A stretch of DNA of 64,000 bases from a bacterium (GTDB lineage Bacteria; Desulfobacterota; Binatia; Binatales; Binataceae). A program made the position numbers and the translations under genes. The stretch spans positions 16,435 to 80,434 of the forward strand of contig JADBKU010000014.1 of the NCBI GenBank assembly GCA_014896235.1, written 5' to 3'. This document shows positions 19,139-28,183 of the stretch, piece by piece (the stretch's first letter is position 1; each line of letters begins with the position of its first letter). The notes beneath the pieces were generated by a model. The model saw only the letters and a list, made by a program, of their open reading frames with translations. It had not been told where the DNA came from and made no database searches.

Positions 19139-19330
19139 TCAGGTCGTGGTCAGATAGCTGTTGATCGTGCTGACGAGGCTGTTGATGTCGTTGCCCATCA
19201 GCTTGTACGCGAGGTACACGACGATAGCGATGGCCGCCAGAATCAGGGCGTATTCCGTCATCGTCTGGCCCTTCGCGACACGACGCACGACTTCCCGCGT
19301 CTTCACATAGAACCGTGAAAGCTTTTCCAT
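19139..19330 (-). CDS. flp: Flp-family pilin (flp-1)
   Basis: 63 aa: MEKLSRFYVKTREVVRRVAKG|QTMTEYALILAAIAIVVYLAY.. (G/xxxxEY Flp motif). RBS AAGGAGG. Confidence 0.85.
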   Translation of the reverse strand: MEKLSRFYVKTREVVRRVAKGQTMTEYALILAAIAIVVYLAYKLMGNDINSLVSTINSYLTTT

Positions 19331-19399
19331 CTCAAATCCTCCTTGTTGCCTTCCTTTTATGGTGCGGCTACCCGCACAATTATCGGTGACCGTGCCCTA

Positions 19400-19417
19400 T
19401 TGCATCGTTTGTACCAA
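19400..19417 (-). promoter_or_regulatory. Candidate sigma-54 (-24/-12) promoter of flp-1
   Basis: The minus strand reads TGGTAC-AAACG-ATGCA against the consensus TGGCAC-N5-TTGCW. GG/GC spacing is exact and the element lies about 70 nt upstream of the flp-1 ATG. Confidence 0.45.
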
Positions 19418-19495
19418 CTGTTTGCAGCAAATAAGCATATTATAACGTTAATTAGCACGTATTAATTCGAAAAATTCGTCCGCTAATCCGCAATC

Positions 19496-19568
19496 TTGTT
19501 GCTTTGGAGCAACAATCCAAGTTTCAACATTAAAATCAGCGAGATTTGATGTTTTAACATGAAAATCA
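19496..19568. promoter_or_regulatory. Palindrome and phased direct repeats upstream of the flp-1 promoter (candidate activator sites)
   Basis: Perfect TTGTTGCT-ttgg-AGCAACAA (19496-19515). AACATNAAAATCA occurs at 19526-19538 and 19556-19568 (30-bp phasing) with a partial inverted copy GATTTGATGTT between them. Confidence 0.3.
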
Positions 19569-19955
19569 ATGCGTACGTTTTATCAACCGCCCTGCGAGCT
19601 AGCACCGCGCGGTAAATCCCGCTAACGTCGGAGCGTCTAGCGAACTTTCTCCAGAGAATCTCTCGCCTCGTCGTTTTCGCGCCGCCGCTCCTGAATTCCG
19701 CTTCCCTCGTTATGCCCAACGTTCTCCCAAGTTTTATGCTTATGCCAGCCAGGATCGCAAACTCGACTGCAAAGCTAAATAAAACTCATTAAGCGCATTG
19801 TACCGGCGCGAAGCCGTGTGTCAAGCGAAAATTCGGCTTTCAAAAATAAATAATTGCCAGATGGCTTTCGTTAGACCGGAATGTACCGATATTCGTCGAA
19901 TTTTTCAGCCTTTTTCTTCCAAAGAGTTCTGATAATTCTCGCCAACGAGGTCGGG

Positions 19956-20360
19956 CTATGCGTTGACGAGGCGCGAGGTCGGCTCTACGGATTCAAAAAC
20001 AATCAGGTCGCCAACTTGAGTGTGGGTTCGCGAAGCCGCTCCCGATTCGATTTCCAGCGCCCATCGCGCGCGGAAAACGAGCGACGAAATTCGCCATGGA
20101 CGCAATTCGGAATCAATTCGAATCACCCGCCCGCCGCGATCAAGAAAGACGATGTCGATCGCAAAGCGCATAAAGAACATGTGCATCAGCATGAACGGCT
20201 CGAGCCGTCCGCGTTTGAACAGCATTCCATGCCCCGGTTCGAGCCGTTCGCGGCCCAGCAATCCCCGGCTTTGCCCGGTGATTCCGCCCGCCGCCTCGAG
20301 AAACTCGCACAGAATCGTTCCGCGCGTACGATTTATGGCTCGAAGGATGCCTTTAGCCAT
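19956..20360 (-). CDS. DUF192 (COG1430) family protein
   Basis: 134 aa with ..GLLGRERLEPGHGMLF...MHMFFMRFAIDIVFLDRGGRVIRI.., the typical DUF192 pattern. It is on the same strand as the tad locus and upstream of it. Confidence 0.8.
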   Translation of the reverse strand: MAKGILRAINRTRGTILCEFLEAAGGITGQSRGLLGRERLEPGHGMLFKRGRLEPFMLMHMFFMRFAIDIVFLDRGGRVIRIDSELRPWRISSLVFRARWALEIESGAASRTHTQVGDLIVFESVEPTSRLVNA

Positions 20361-20690
20361 CTCTGACTCACCGCTTTCGATTATTTTTCGCTCAAAAGAT
20401 GGTGAGCGTGCACATTCGCTTGGTCAAGCGATTTTCCCAACCTCCGCCCATGGCGCCATTTGGCGCCAATCCGTACACGCGGCGCGTCCTCTGGCCGCCC
20501 GGATTGATTTGTCTGATGAATACGCCGCGATATATTAAGGTTCCGCGTACGCGATGGGTTATCTGCCGATATGTCTCGAACTGCGTGGCGGCAAGCGCCT
20601 GCTCATTCGCGGCGGCGGAGCCGCCGAGCCTGGAATGAATCGAACATCGATTCCTGAACCGAACGCCGGCGCGGAACGCTGAGTCGGCTC

Positions 20691-21518
20691 ATGCACACGA
20701 TCTGGTTGATTCCGGCAGTGATCCTTTATGCGCTAGCGGCGGCGGGGTTCGTCGCCGAACGGCTCGGCGCAAACGGATGGCCCGCCCGCGCCGCTACTCC
20801 GCTGCTGGCCGCCGGAGCGGCGTTGCAATCGATCGATCTGCTCGTGCGCGGCGTTCAGGCCGGGAACATTCCGGTTACCGACTTCGCTCAATCACTCGTC
20901 TTTCTCGCCTGGCTGACCGCGCTCCTCTCGCTTTACCTGATCGTCCGTTTCCGGATGCCGGTGGTTGGCGCTTTCGCGGCCCCGCTCGTGTTTCTCGCCG
21001 TCGCGATCGCCGCCGTGATGGCCCGGCCGGGACGAATCGCGATGCCCGGCGCGTTGCGCAGCGCCTGGCTGCCCGTGCATGTCACGCTCGCGCTGCTCGG
21101 TTACGCGCTGTTCGTGCTCGCCGCGGGCGTCAGCGTGGTGTATCTGGTTTATGAAAAACGCCTGAAAGCGAAACGTCCGCTCGACGCCGGCGACCAACGC
21201 GCGCCCAGTCTGGAAAAGCTCGATCGGGTCAATTATCAACTGCTCGGGATCGGCTTTCTGATGCTCAGCCTGGCGATCATCACCGGAGCGATCTGGGCGG
21301 ACGCGACGTGGGGCCACTATTGGTCGTGGGAGCCGGAGGAAACCTGGTCGCTGGCGATCTGGATCCTCTACGCCGCGCTGCTCGAATCGCGCCTTGCGGC
21401 GGGATGGCGCGGCCGGCGCGCGGCGGCGCTGACGATCGCGGTCTTCACCGTGCTGGTCGGCTCCTTCGTGGGCGTGAGCCTGATCGCGCCCGGCAAGCAT
21501 GGGGGGAATTTCGGCTAG
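20691..21518 (+). CDS. CcsA-family cytochrome c assembly-like membrane protein (HemX-like, precedes hemA)
   Basis: Polytopic, with the W-rich motif WADATWGHYWSWEPEETWSLAIWILYA; 275 aa. Its position before hemA matches firmicute hemX. Confidence 0.8.
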   Translation: MHTIWLIPAVILYALAAAGFVAERLGANGWPARAATPLLAAGAALQSIDLLVRGVQAGNIPVTDFAQSLVFLAWLTALLSLYLIVRFRMPVVGAFAAPLVFLAVAIAAVMARPGRIAMPGALRSAWLPVHVTLALLGYALFVLAAGVSVVYLVYEKRLKAKRPLDAGDQRAPSLEKLDRVNYQLLGIGFLMLSLAIITGAIWADATWGHYWSWEPEETWSLAIWILYAALLESRLAAGWRGRRAAALTIAVFTVLVGSFVGVSLIAPGKHGGNFG

Positions 21519-21522
21519 GGCG

Positions 21523-22851
21523 ATGCGGGAAACGGTCGTAATTCTAGGCGTGAATCATCGCACGGCCCCGGTCGCCGTGCGCGAACGCCTCGCCTACGCC
21601 GAGCATGACGCATCCGCCGCATTGGCGCGCCTGCGGCAAGCCGCGCCGGCGCTGGGCGAGGCCGCACTGATCTCCACCTGCAACCGGGTCGAGGTTATCG
21701 GCGTGACGGCCGACGCCGAGCGCGCGTGGGCCGAAACCGTCGCCTTCCTCGCCCGCGACCGCGGCATCGCGGCCGACGACTTCGCGCCCGCGCTTTACCG
21801 CTATCGCGAGCGCGACGCGGTGCGCCATCTGTTCCGCGTCGGCGCGAGTCTCGATTCCCTGGTGGTCGGCGAACCGCAGATCCTAGGCCAGCTCAAGAAC
21901 GCATATGCGCAGGCGGCCGAAACAGGGACCGCCGGCCTGGTGCTGCATCGCGCTTTCCATAAAGCCTTCGCGGTCGCCAAGCGCGTGCGCAAAACGACGC
22001 TGATCGGGCGCGGATCGGTTTCGGTCGCTTCTGCGGCGGTCAATCTGGCGAACAAGATCTTCGACACGCTCGCGGACAAGACCGTGCTGCTGATGGGCGC
22101 GGGCGCGATGGCCGAACTGACCGCGCGTAATCTTCAGCGGCTCGGCGTCCGCTCGCTGATCGTCACCAGCCGCACTTTCGATCACGCGGTCGCCCTGGCC
22201 CGCGAGCTGGGCGGAACAGCCGCGCCGTTCGACGATTTCCGGCCCTACCTGCGGCTTGCCGACGTGGTCATCGGCTCGCTCGCGGCGGCGCGCACGGTGA
22301 TCGGGCCCGAAGAATTCGAGGGCGTGATTCGCGAGCGGCGCTATCGGCCGGCGCTGCTGATCGACCTTGGCGTGCCGCGCAATTTCGACGCCCGGCTCAA
22401 CCAGCTCGAAAACGTCTATCTGTACGATATCGACGATTTGAGCGGCGTCGTCGCCGAATCGCGCGAGGAGCGCGAGCGCGAAGCGGCCAAAGCCGAAACC
22501 ATCGTCGAATCCGAAGTCGGTTCGTTCCTGCGCTGGCTCAACGGACTCGAACTGGTTCCGGCAATCAAGGACATTCGTTCGAGCGTCGAGCAGTTGCGCG
22601 ATTTCGAGCTGTTGCGCCATCGCGCATGGCTCGCGACTCTGGAGCCGGCCGAACGGGAGCGAATCGAAGGGCTGACGCGCGGCCTGGTCAACAAGATCCT
22701 TCATCGCATTCTCTCCGGCCTGCGCGAGAGCGGCGCGGAAGCGCCCAACGGCATCTATGCGGCGGAAATCGCCCGCCGCCTGCTGGCGCCAGATTCGGCC
22801 GCGGACGATCTGCTCGACGATCAGGCGGACGACGGCGACGACGAGTCATGA
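21523..22851 (+). CDS. hemA: Glutamyl-tRNA reductase
   Basis: VVILGVNHRTAPVAVRERL.., catalytic ISTCNRVE, NADPH site LLMGAGAMAEL. I chose the ATG at 21523. Confidence 0.95.
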   Translation: MRETVVILGVNHRTAPVAVRERLAYAEHDASAALARLRQAAPALGEAALISTCNRVEVIGVTADAERAWAETVAFLARDRGIAADDFAPALYRYRERDAVRHLFRVGASLDSLVVGEPQILGQLKNAYAQAAETGTAGLVLHRAFHKAFAVAKRVRKTTLIGRGSVSVASAAVNLANKIFDTLADKTVLLMGAGAMAELTARNLQRLGVRSLIVTSRTFDHAVALARELGGTAAPFDDFRPYLRLADVVIGSLAAARTVIGPEEFEGVIRERRYRPALLIDLGVPRNFDARLNQLENVYLYDIDDLSGVVAESREEREREAAKAETIVESEVGSFLRWLNGLELVPAIKDIRSSVEQLRDFELLRHRAWLATLEPAERERIEGLTRGLVNKILHRILSGLRESGAEAPNGIYAAEIARRLLAPDSAADDLLDDQADDGDDES

Positions 22852-22870
22852 TCGGCTGGGCGCGCCATCG

Positions 22871-23839
22871 ATGACCGCGAAGCTCAGAATCGGTTCGCGC
22901 CCGAGCGCGCTCGCGCTCGCGCAAACCACGATCGTCGCCGAGCGGATTCGCGCGGCGGCGCCGGACCTCGCTTGCGAAATCGTGCGTATCAGCACCTCCG
23001 GCGACAAGATGACTTCGGCGTCGCTGGCGCAAATCGGCGGCAAGGGATTGTTCATCCGCGAGCTGGAGCAGGCGCTGGCCGACGGCCGCATCGATCTGGC
23101 GGTTCATTCGATGAAAGACCTGCCCGCCGCGACCGCGCCGGGTTTTCGCATCGCCGCGGTTCCGCGGCGCGAAAATCCGCGCGACGCGCTGTTGGTGCGC
23201 GGCGCCTCCGGATGGAGCGCGCTGCCGCGCGGCGCCCGGCTCGGCACGGCCTCGACCCGGCGGCGCCTGATGGCGTTGCGGGCGCGGCCCGATCTGCAGA
23301 TTCTGCCGCTGCGCGGCAACGTCGATACGCGGCTTGCGAAACTCGCCGACGGCGAATTCGACGCGATTATTCTCGCGATGGCGGGTTTGGCGCGGCTCGG
23401 AAAGCTCGAAAAGCTGCGCGCGGGCGGCGAGATTTCGATCAGCGAACTTGACGATCGGGCGTTCGTTCCGTCGGGCGGCCAGGGCGCGCTGGCGCTGGAG
23501 GTTTTCGGCGCCGGCCCGGCAGCGGGCGCGCCGGAAATCGAAGCCGCGATCGCCGCGCTTGACGATCCTCGGGCGCGCGCGGAAACGACCGCCGAACGCG
23601 CCTTTCTCGCCACGATCGGGGCCTCATGCGTGTCGCCGGTCGGCGTCCATGCGCGGGCCGGACACGATACGCTCGCGATCGGCGCGGTCCTGTTCAGCGC
23701 CGATGGCGCGCGCAGTCTCGCGGAAGCGGCTGAGACGAGCTGGCGATTTGGCGATCTTGAGGCGGCCGCGAATTCAGGCCGGGAAATCGGCGAACGCATG
23801 CTCGCGCGCGGCGCGCGCGACCTTATCGGCGGTGCGTAG
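22871..23839 (+). CDS. hemC: Porphobilinogen deaminase (hydroxymethylbilane synthase)
   Basis: KLRIGSRPSALALAQT.., GGKGLFIRELEQAL.., DLAVHSMKDLP, RGNVDTRL. Confidence 0.95.
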   Translation: MTAKLRIGSRPSALALAQTTIVAERIRAAAPDLACEIVRISTSGDKMTSASLAQIGGKGLFIRELEQALADGRIDLAVHSMKDLPAATAPGFRIAAVPRRENPRDALLVRGASGWSALPRGARLGTASTRRRLMALRARPDLQILPLRGNVDTRLAKLADGEFDAIILAMAGLARLGKLEKLRAGGEISISELDDRAFVPSGGQGALALEVFGAGPAAGAPEIEAAIAALDDPRARAETTAERAFLATIGASCVSPVGVHARAGHDTLAIGAVLFSADGARSLAEAAETSWRFGDLEAAANSGREIGERMLARGARDLIGGA

Positions 23840-23879
23840 CCGGAACGCATCGCGGATGCGGCGCTGCTAAACTGAATTT

Positions 23880-25421
23880 GTGAGCGGCAAGGTTTTTCTG
23901 GTCGGCGCCGGGCCGGGTGCGCCGGATTTGATCACGCTGCGCGCGGCCGGCGCGCTGCGCATCGCCGACGTCGTGGTTTACGACTTTCTCGCCAGCCCCG
24001 AAATTCTCAAATTCGCGCCACCCGCCGCGGAACGGATTTACGCCGGAAAACGCGGCGGCGGCGGCGAACGCGCCGCGGAACAGAGCGAAATCAACCGCAT
24101 CCTGATCGAGCAGGCGCGCGCCGGAAAACGGGTGGTGCGGCTGAAGGGCGGCGACCCGTTTATCTTCGGGCGCGGCGGCGAGGAATGCGAGGCGCTGCGC
24201 GCGGCCGGAATCGATTACGAAATTATTCCCGGCGTGACCTCCGCGATCGCGGCGCCGGCCTTCGCCGGCATTCCGTTGACGCATCGCGAGCGCGGCTCAT
24301 TCGTGGTCTTCGCCACCGGCCATCAGGACGCCGCCAGGGACGGCGAATCTTCCGTGCCGTGGGAAATGCTGGCGCAGGCCGCGAACGGGCGCGGCACGAT
24401 CGTGATGCTGATGGCGACCGCGCGGATGAAAGAAATTTTCGCGCGGATGGCGGCGGCCGGGATGCCGCCGCAAACGCCGGCCGCCGCGATTCAATGGGGC
24501 GCGACCGCGGCGCAGCGCACCGTCTTCGGCGCGCTGGAAACACTGGCGGATGAAGCCGCACGGGCGGGAATCGGCGCGCCCGCCGTGATCGTCGTCGGCG
24601 AATGCGCCGCGCTCGGGCGCGAACTCGCCTGGATCGAGCGGATGCCGCTGTTCGGGCGCCGCATCCTGGTGACCCGCGCCGCCGAACATGCGGGCGAATT
24701 CGCCGCGCGGCTGCGCGCGCTGGGCGCGGAAGCGATCGAATTCGCGACGATCGCGAGCGCGCCGCCGTCGAGCCACGACGCGCTCGATCGAGCGATCGCC
24801 GAAATCGAAACGTTCGATTGGATAATCTTCACGAGCGCGCAGGGAGTCGCGAGGTTTTTCGCGCGGATGCGCGAGCGGGGACGCGATATCCGCGCGATGA
24901 GCCGGGCGGCGCTGGCGGCGATCGGACCCGCCACGGCGGCGCGGCTCGGCGAGTACGCGCTGACCGTCGCCGCGACGCCGCGCGAGTACCGGGCGGAGGC
25001 GCTGATCGAAGCGATCGGCGCGGCGCGAATCGCAGGCGCGCGCATCCTGATTCCGCGCGCCGAAACGGCGCGCGAAGTGCTGCCAGAAACGCTCCGCAGG
25101 CTCGGCGCCCGCGAAGTCGTGGTCGCGCCCGCTTATCGCACGATACGGCCTGATCCTGACGAGTCGGAACGGATTGCCGCGATGCTGGAGGACGGCGCGA
25201 TCGATCTCGCCGCCTTCACCAGCTCGAGCACGGTCGAAAATTTCGTCGCGATCGTCGGCGCCGCCGCGGCGCGGCGGACCAAAGCGGCCGTGATTGGACC
25301 GATCACCGCGGCGACCGCGCGAGCGCACGGGCTGGAGATTGCGGTCGAGGCGGCGCAATACACCATCGACGGCTTGACCGAGGCGATCGCCGGATGGTGC
25401 GCGGAGGCGCCGCGGCGCTAA
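23880..25421 (+). CDS. cobA/hemD: Fused uroporphyrinogen-III C-methyltransferase / uroporphyrinogen-III synthase
   Basis: The N-terminal half has the SUMT pattern ([43 protein letters not shown]). The C-terminal half (from about [11 protein letters not shown]) is HemD-like. GTG start. Confidence 0.9.
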   Translation: MSGKVFLVGAGPGAPDLITLRAAGALRIADVVVYDFLASPEILKFAPPAAERIYAGKRGGGGERAAEQSEINRILIEQARAGKRVVRLKGGDPFIFGRGGEECEALRAAGIDYEIIPGVTSAIAAPAFAGIPLTHRERGSFVVFATGHQDAARDGESSVPWEMLAQAANGRGTIVMLMATARMKEIFARMAAAGMPPQTPAAAIQWGATAAQRTVFGALETLADEAARAGIGAPAVIVVGECAALGRELAWIERMPLFGRRILVTRAAEHAGEFAARLRALGAEAIEFATIASAPPSSHDALDRAIAEIETFDWIIFTSAQGVARFFARMRERGRDIRAMSRAALAAIGPATAARLGEYALTVAATPREYRAEALIEAIGAARIAGARILIPRAETAREVLPETLRRLGAREVVVAPAYRTIRPDPDESERIAAMLEDGAIDLAAFTSSSTVENFVAIVGAAAARRTKAAVIGPITAATARAHGLEIAVEAAQYTIDGLTEAIAGWCAEAPRR

Positions 25422-25503
25422 GTGGTTGCGCGCCGCCACGACGCGGTATCATCTATATGCAGGCATGGCGGCGCGCCGCGAAGCCGCCCGGGAGACAACG
25501 CCG

Positions 25504-26475
25504 ATGGGATTTCCGATCAATCGTCCGCGCCGGATGCGGCGCACCGAAACGCTGCGCCGGATGATGCGCGAGACGCGGCTCGGCGCCGACGATTTTATTC
25601 AGCCCTTTTTCGTCTGCCCCGGCCGCGACGTGGCCAAGCCGGTTGGCGCGATGCCGGGCGTGGCGCAGATGTCGGTCGACAACGTGGTGCGGGCGGCGCG
25701 CGAAACCTGGTCGGCCGGCGTGCCGGCGATAATCCTGTTCGGAATCCCGGCGCGCAAGGACGCGACCGGCAGCGAAGCCTGGAACGACCACGGCGAAGTC
25801 CAGCGCGCGATCCGCGAAATTAAGGAGCAGGTTCCCGGACTCGCGATCGTGACCGACGTCTGCATGTGCGAGTACACCGACCACGGCCATTGCGGAATCG
25901 TCAAGAACGGCGACGTCGACAATGACGCCACGCTCGAGTTGCTGGTGCGCGAGGCGCTGTCGCACGCGCGCGCGGGCGCGGATATCGTCGCGCCGTCGGA
26001 CATGATGGACGGCAGAGTTGGCGCGATCCGCGCGGCGCTCGACGAAGAGGGCTTCGCCGATGTCGCGATCATGGCGTATTCGGCGAAATTCGCGTCGGCG
26101 TTTTACGGCCCGTTTCGCGAGGCGGCGGAATCGGCGCCGCAATTCGGCGACCGGCGCTCGTACCAGATGGATCCGCCGAACGGCGGCGAGGCGATGCGTG
26201 AAGTGGCGCTCGACCTCGAAGAGGGCGCGGATATCGTGATGGTCAAGCCGGCGCTGCCCTATCTCGATCTGATTTACCGCGTGAAGCACGAATTCAACGC
26301 GCCGGTCGCGGCCTACAACGTCTCCGGCGAGTACGCGATGATCCGCGCGGCGGGAATCAACGGCTGGCTCGACGAAGAACGCGCGACGATCGAGGCGCTG
26401 ACGGCGATCAAACGCGCCGGCGCCGATCTGATAATCACCTACTTCGCCACCGACGTCGCCAAACGCCTGCGCTAA
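25504..26475 (+). CDS. hemB: Porphobilinogen synthase (ALA dehydratase), Zn-type
   Basis: RPRRMRRTE.., Cys-rich Zn site [14 protein letters not shown], active-site region [11 protein letters not shown] and [10 protein letters not shown]. Confidence 0.95.
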   Translation: MGFPINRPRRMRRTETLRRMMRETRLGADDFIQPFFVCPGRDVAKPVGAMPGVAQMSVDNVVRAARETWSAGVPAIILFGIPARKDATGSEAWNDHGEVQRAIREIKEQVPGLAIVTDVCMCEYTDHGHCGIVKNGDVDNDATLELLVREALSHARAGADIVAPSDMMDGRVGAIRAALDEEGFADVAIMAYSAKFASAFYGPFREAAESAPQFGDRRSYQMDPPNGGEAMREVALDLEEGADIVMVKPALPYLDLIYRVKHEFNAPVAAYNVSGEYAMIRAAGINGWLDEERATIEALTAIKRAGADLIITYFATDVAKRLR

Positions 26476-26522
26476 CGATTCGGTCAATCAATCGCGAGCG
26501 GCGCCGGATCGGCCGCGCGAAA

Positions 26523-27293
26523 TCAGGAACGCGGCCGGCGGTTGGCGTCGTACCACGGGCGCATCGCGGCGAGCGCGCGGCGCTGATGATATTCGAGTTC
26601 GTCGGGCGGGTAGCGATGCTCAGGGCCGAGCACGCACGCCGCGCGCGCGTCGCATCGCGGCGCGCATCGCGGTTCGTTTTCGACCCGGAATTCAAGGCAT
26701 CGCGGTATGTCCCATCCGGCGGGATAAGCGACCGCGCGGGCCGGACAGGCGGCGATGCACGCGCGCGTGGCGCATCGCGGACACGGATCGAACCCGAGCG
26801 CCTCGCCGGGCGCGTCGATCACGGCATCGACGATCAGCGCCGCGCGGAATGCGATCCACGGACCGTACGTGGGATTTACGACGACGCCGAGCAGGCTCGG
26901 CCCGGCGATTCCGGCAAGCTTGCCAAGTTCCATGAAATTCAGCGTCGGCGCGCCGCTCATGAAAGGATAAACGGAAACGCAATCGACCCCGGCCGCCTTC
27001 GCGAGGGGCAGAATCTCGTCCTCGACGATGCGGCGGGTGAAATCGTCGAGCGGATTTGCGCGCTCGTTCCATTCCGGATGCGCGCCGGTCCAGCGGACGA
27101 ACGCCCGCCAGAAATCGCCGCCGCCGTTGGCGATCGCGATGATCGACCGATTTCCGAAAGACTTGCCGAACGCCGCGCTCCGATATGCCGCGCCGACGGC
27201 GGCGTCGTAGCGCGACGCCGGAATCGCCGCGATCAGGTTAAGCCCGAAAGGCGCGGCGGCCGTGCGGATATTCCGCAGCAGATCGGCGCTCAT
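26523..27293 (-). CDS. 4Fe-4S ferredoxin-type domain protein (QueG/RdhA-superfamily-like), function unknown
   Basis: C-terminal Cys clusters CPRCATRACIAACPARA and CLEFR..CAPRCDARAAC; 256 aa. ATGA overlap with the upstream thioesterase gene. Confidence 0.5.
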   Translation of the reverse strand: MSADLLRNIRTAAAPFGLNLIAAIPASRYDAAVGAAYRSAAFGKSFGNRSIIAIANGGGDFWRAFVRWTGAHPEWNERANPLDDFTRRIVEDEILPLAKAAGVDCVSVYPFMSGAPTLNFMELGKLAGIAGPSLLGVVVNPTYGPWIAFRAALIVDAVIDAPGEALGFDPCPRCATRACIAACPARAVAYPAGWDIPRCLEFRVENEPRCAPRCDARAACVLGPEHRYPPDELEYHQRRALAAMRPWYDANRRPRS

Positions 27294-27703
27294 GCGATTT
27301 TGTAGGTCACGATCGCGTCGGCGACGAGCGCGCCGCGCGCGTCATGGATTTCGACCGCGATACTCGCCACGCGGCGGCCCTTGCCGCGAACGCGCGCGCG
27401 GGCGATTAGGTCGCTGCGAATACCGGGCGCGATATAGTTGACGGTCATCGAAATCGTCGCGCTGCGCTGCGTCGCCGGCATCGTCCAGATCGCTGCGCAG
27501 GCGGCGAAATCGGCGAGTGAGGCGATCGCGCCGCCATGGACCGGCACGTCGGGACCGCCGTCGTTGAGCAAACTGAGAGCGAACGGCATCCGCACAACCG
27601 CCTCGCCATCGCCGGCGGCTTCGACGCGAAGTCCGAGGATTTTCGAGAACGGCGCGTTTTCGAGCGAGGCAAGCGCCGGATACCGATCGCGCAGCGCGCT
27701 CAC
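27290..27703 (-). CDS. PaaI-family hotdog-fold thioesterase
   Basis: ..PFSKILGLRVEAAGDGEAVVRMPF...VHGGAIASLADFAA..; 137 aa. Confidence 0.8.
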   Translation of the reverse strand: MSALRDRYPALASLENAPFSKILGLRVEAAGDGEAVVRMPFALSLLNDGGPDVPVHGGAIASLADFAACAAIWTMPATQRSATISMTVNYIAPGIRSDLIARARVRGKGRRVASIAVEIHDARGALVADAIVTYKIA

Positions 27704-27710
27704 CGCGGAA

Positions 27711-28181
27711 TTATCTCCCGGCCGCGGCGGCCGCGTCGAGCGCGATCGCGACCGCGTCGATCGGCGATTCGGCGATTTTAACGCCCGCCATATCGCGCCA
27801 TCCGCCGAGCGCGACGACCGGCCGGCGAATGGTCAGCGCGAGCGCGATTTCCGAGAGCGTGCCGGTTTCGCCCGGTAGCGCGATCACTGCGTCGGCGCTG
27901 GCGACAACGATCATGTTGCGCGCATGGCCCATCCCGGTCGCGACGGCGATCTCGATATGAGGATTCGCCGCGGTGCGATCGTAACCCGGCAGAATGCCGA
28001 TCGTGACGCCGCCGGCGGCGCGCGCGCCACGGGCCGCCGCTTCCATCACGCCGCCCATCCCGCCGCATACCAGCGCGGCGCCGCGTTGCGCGATCGCCTG
28101 TCCGGTGGCGAAAGCGAGCCGCGCGACGGCATCATCGGCGACGTTGCCGCCGATCACCGCGATTGCCCGCCGCGGCGCCAT
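27711..28181 (-). CDS. TIGR00725/LOG-like (SLOG superfamily) protein
   Basis: IAVIGGN...LVCGGMGGVMEAAARGARAAGGVTIGILPG...ALPGETGTLSEI. I chose the ATG at 28181 (the long 5' ORF extension is Arg-rich noise). 156 aa. Confidence 0.7.
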   Translation of the reverse strand: MAPRRAIAVIGGNVADDAVARLAFATGQAIAQRGAALVCGGMGGVMEAAARGARAAGGVTIGILPGYDRTAANPHIEIAVATGMGHARNMIVVASADAVIALPGETGTLSEIALALTIRRPVVALGGWRDMAGVKIAESPIDAVAIALDAAAAAGR

Positions 28182-28183
28182 CG

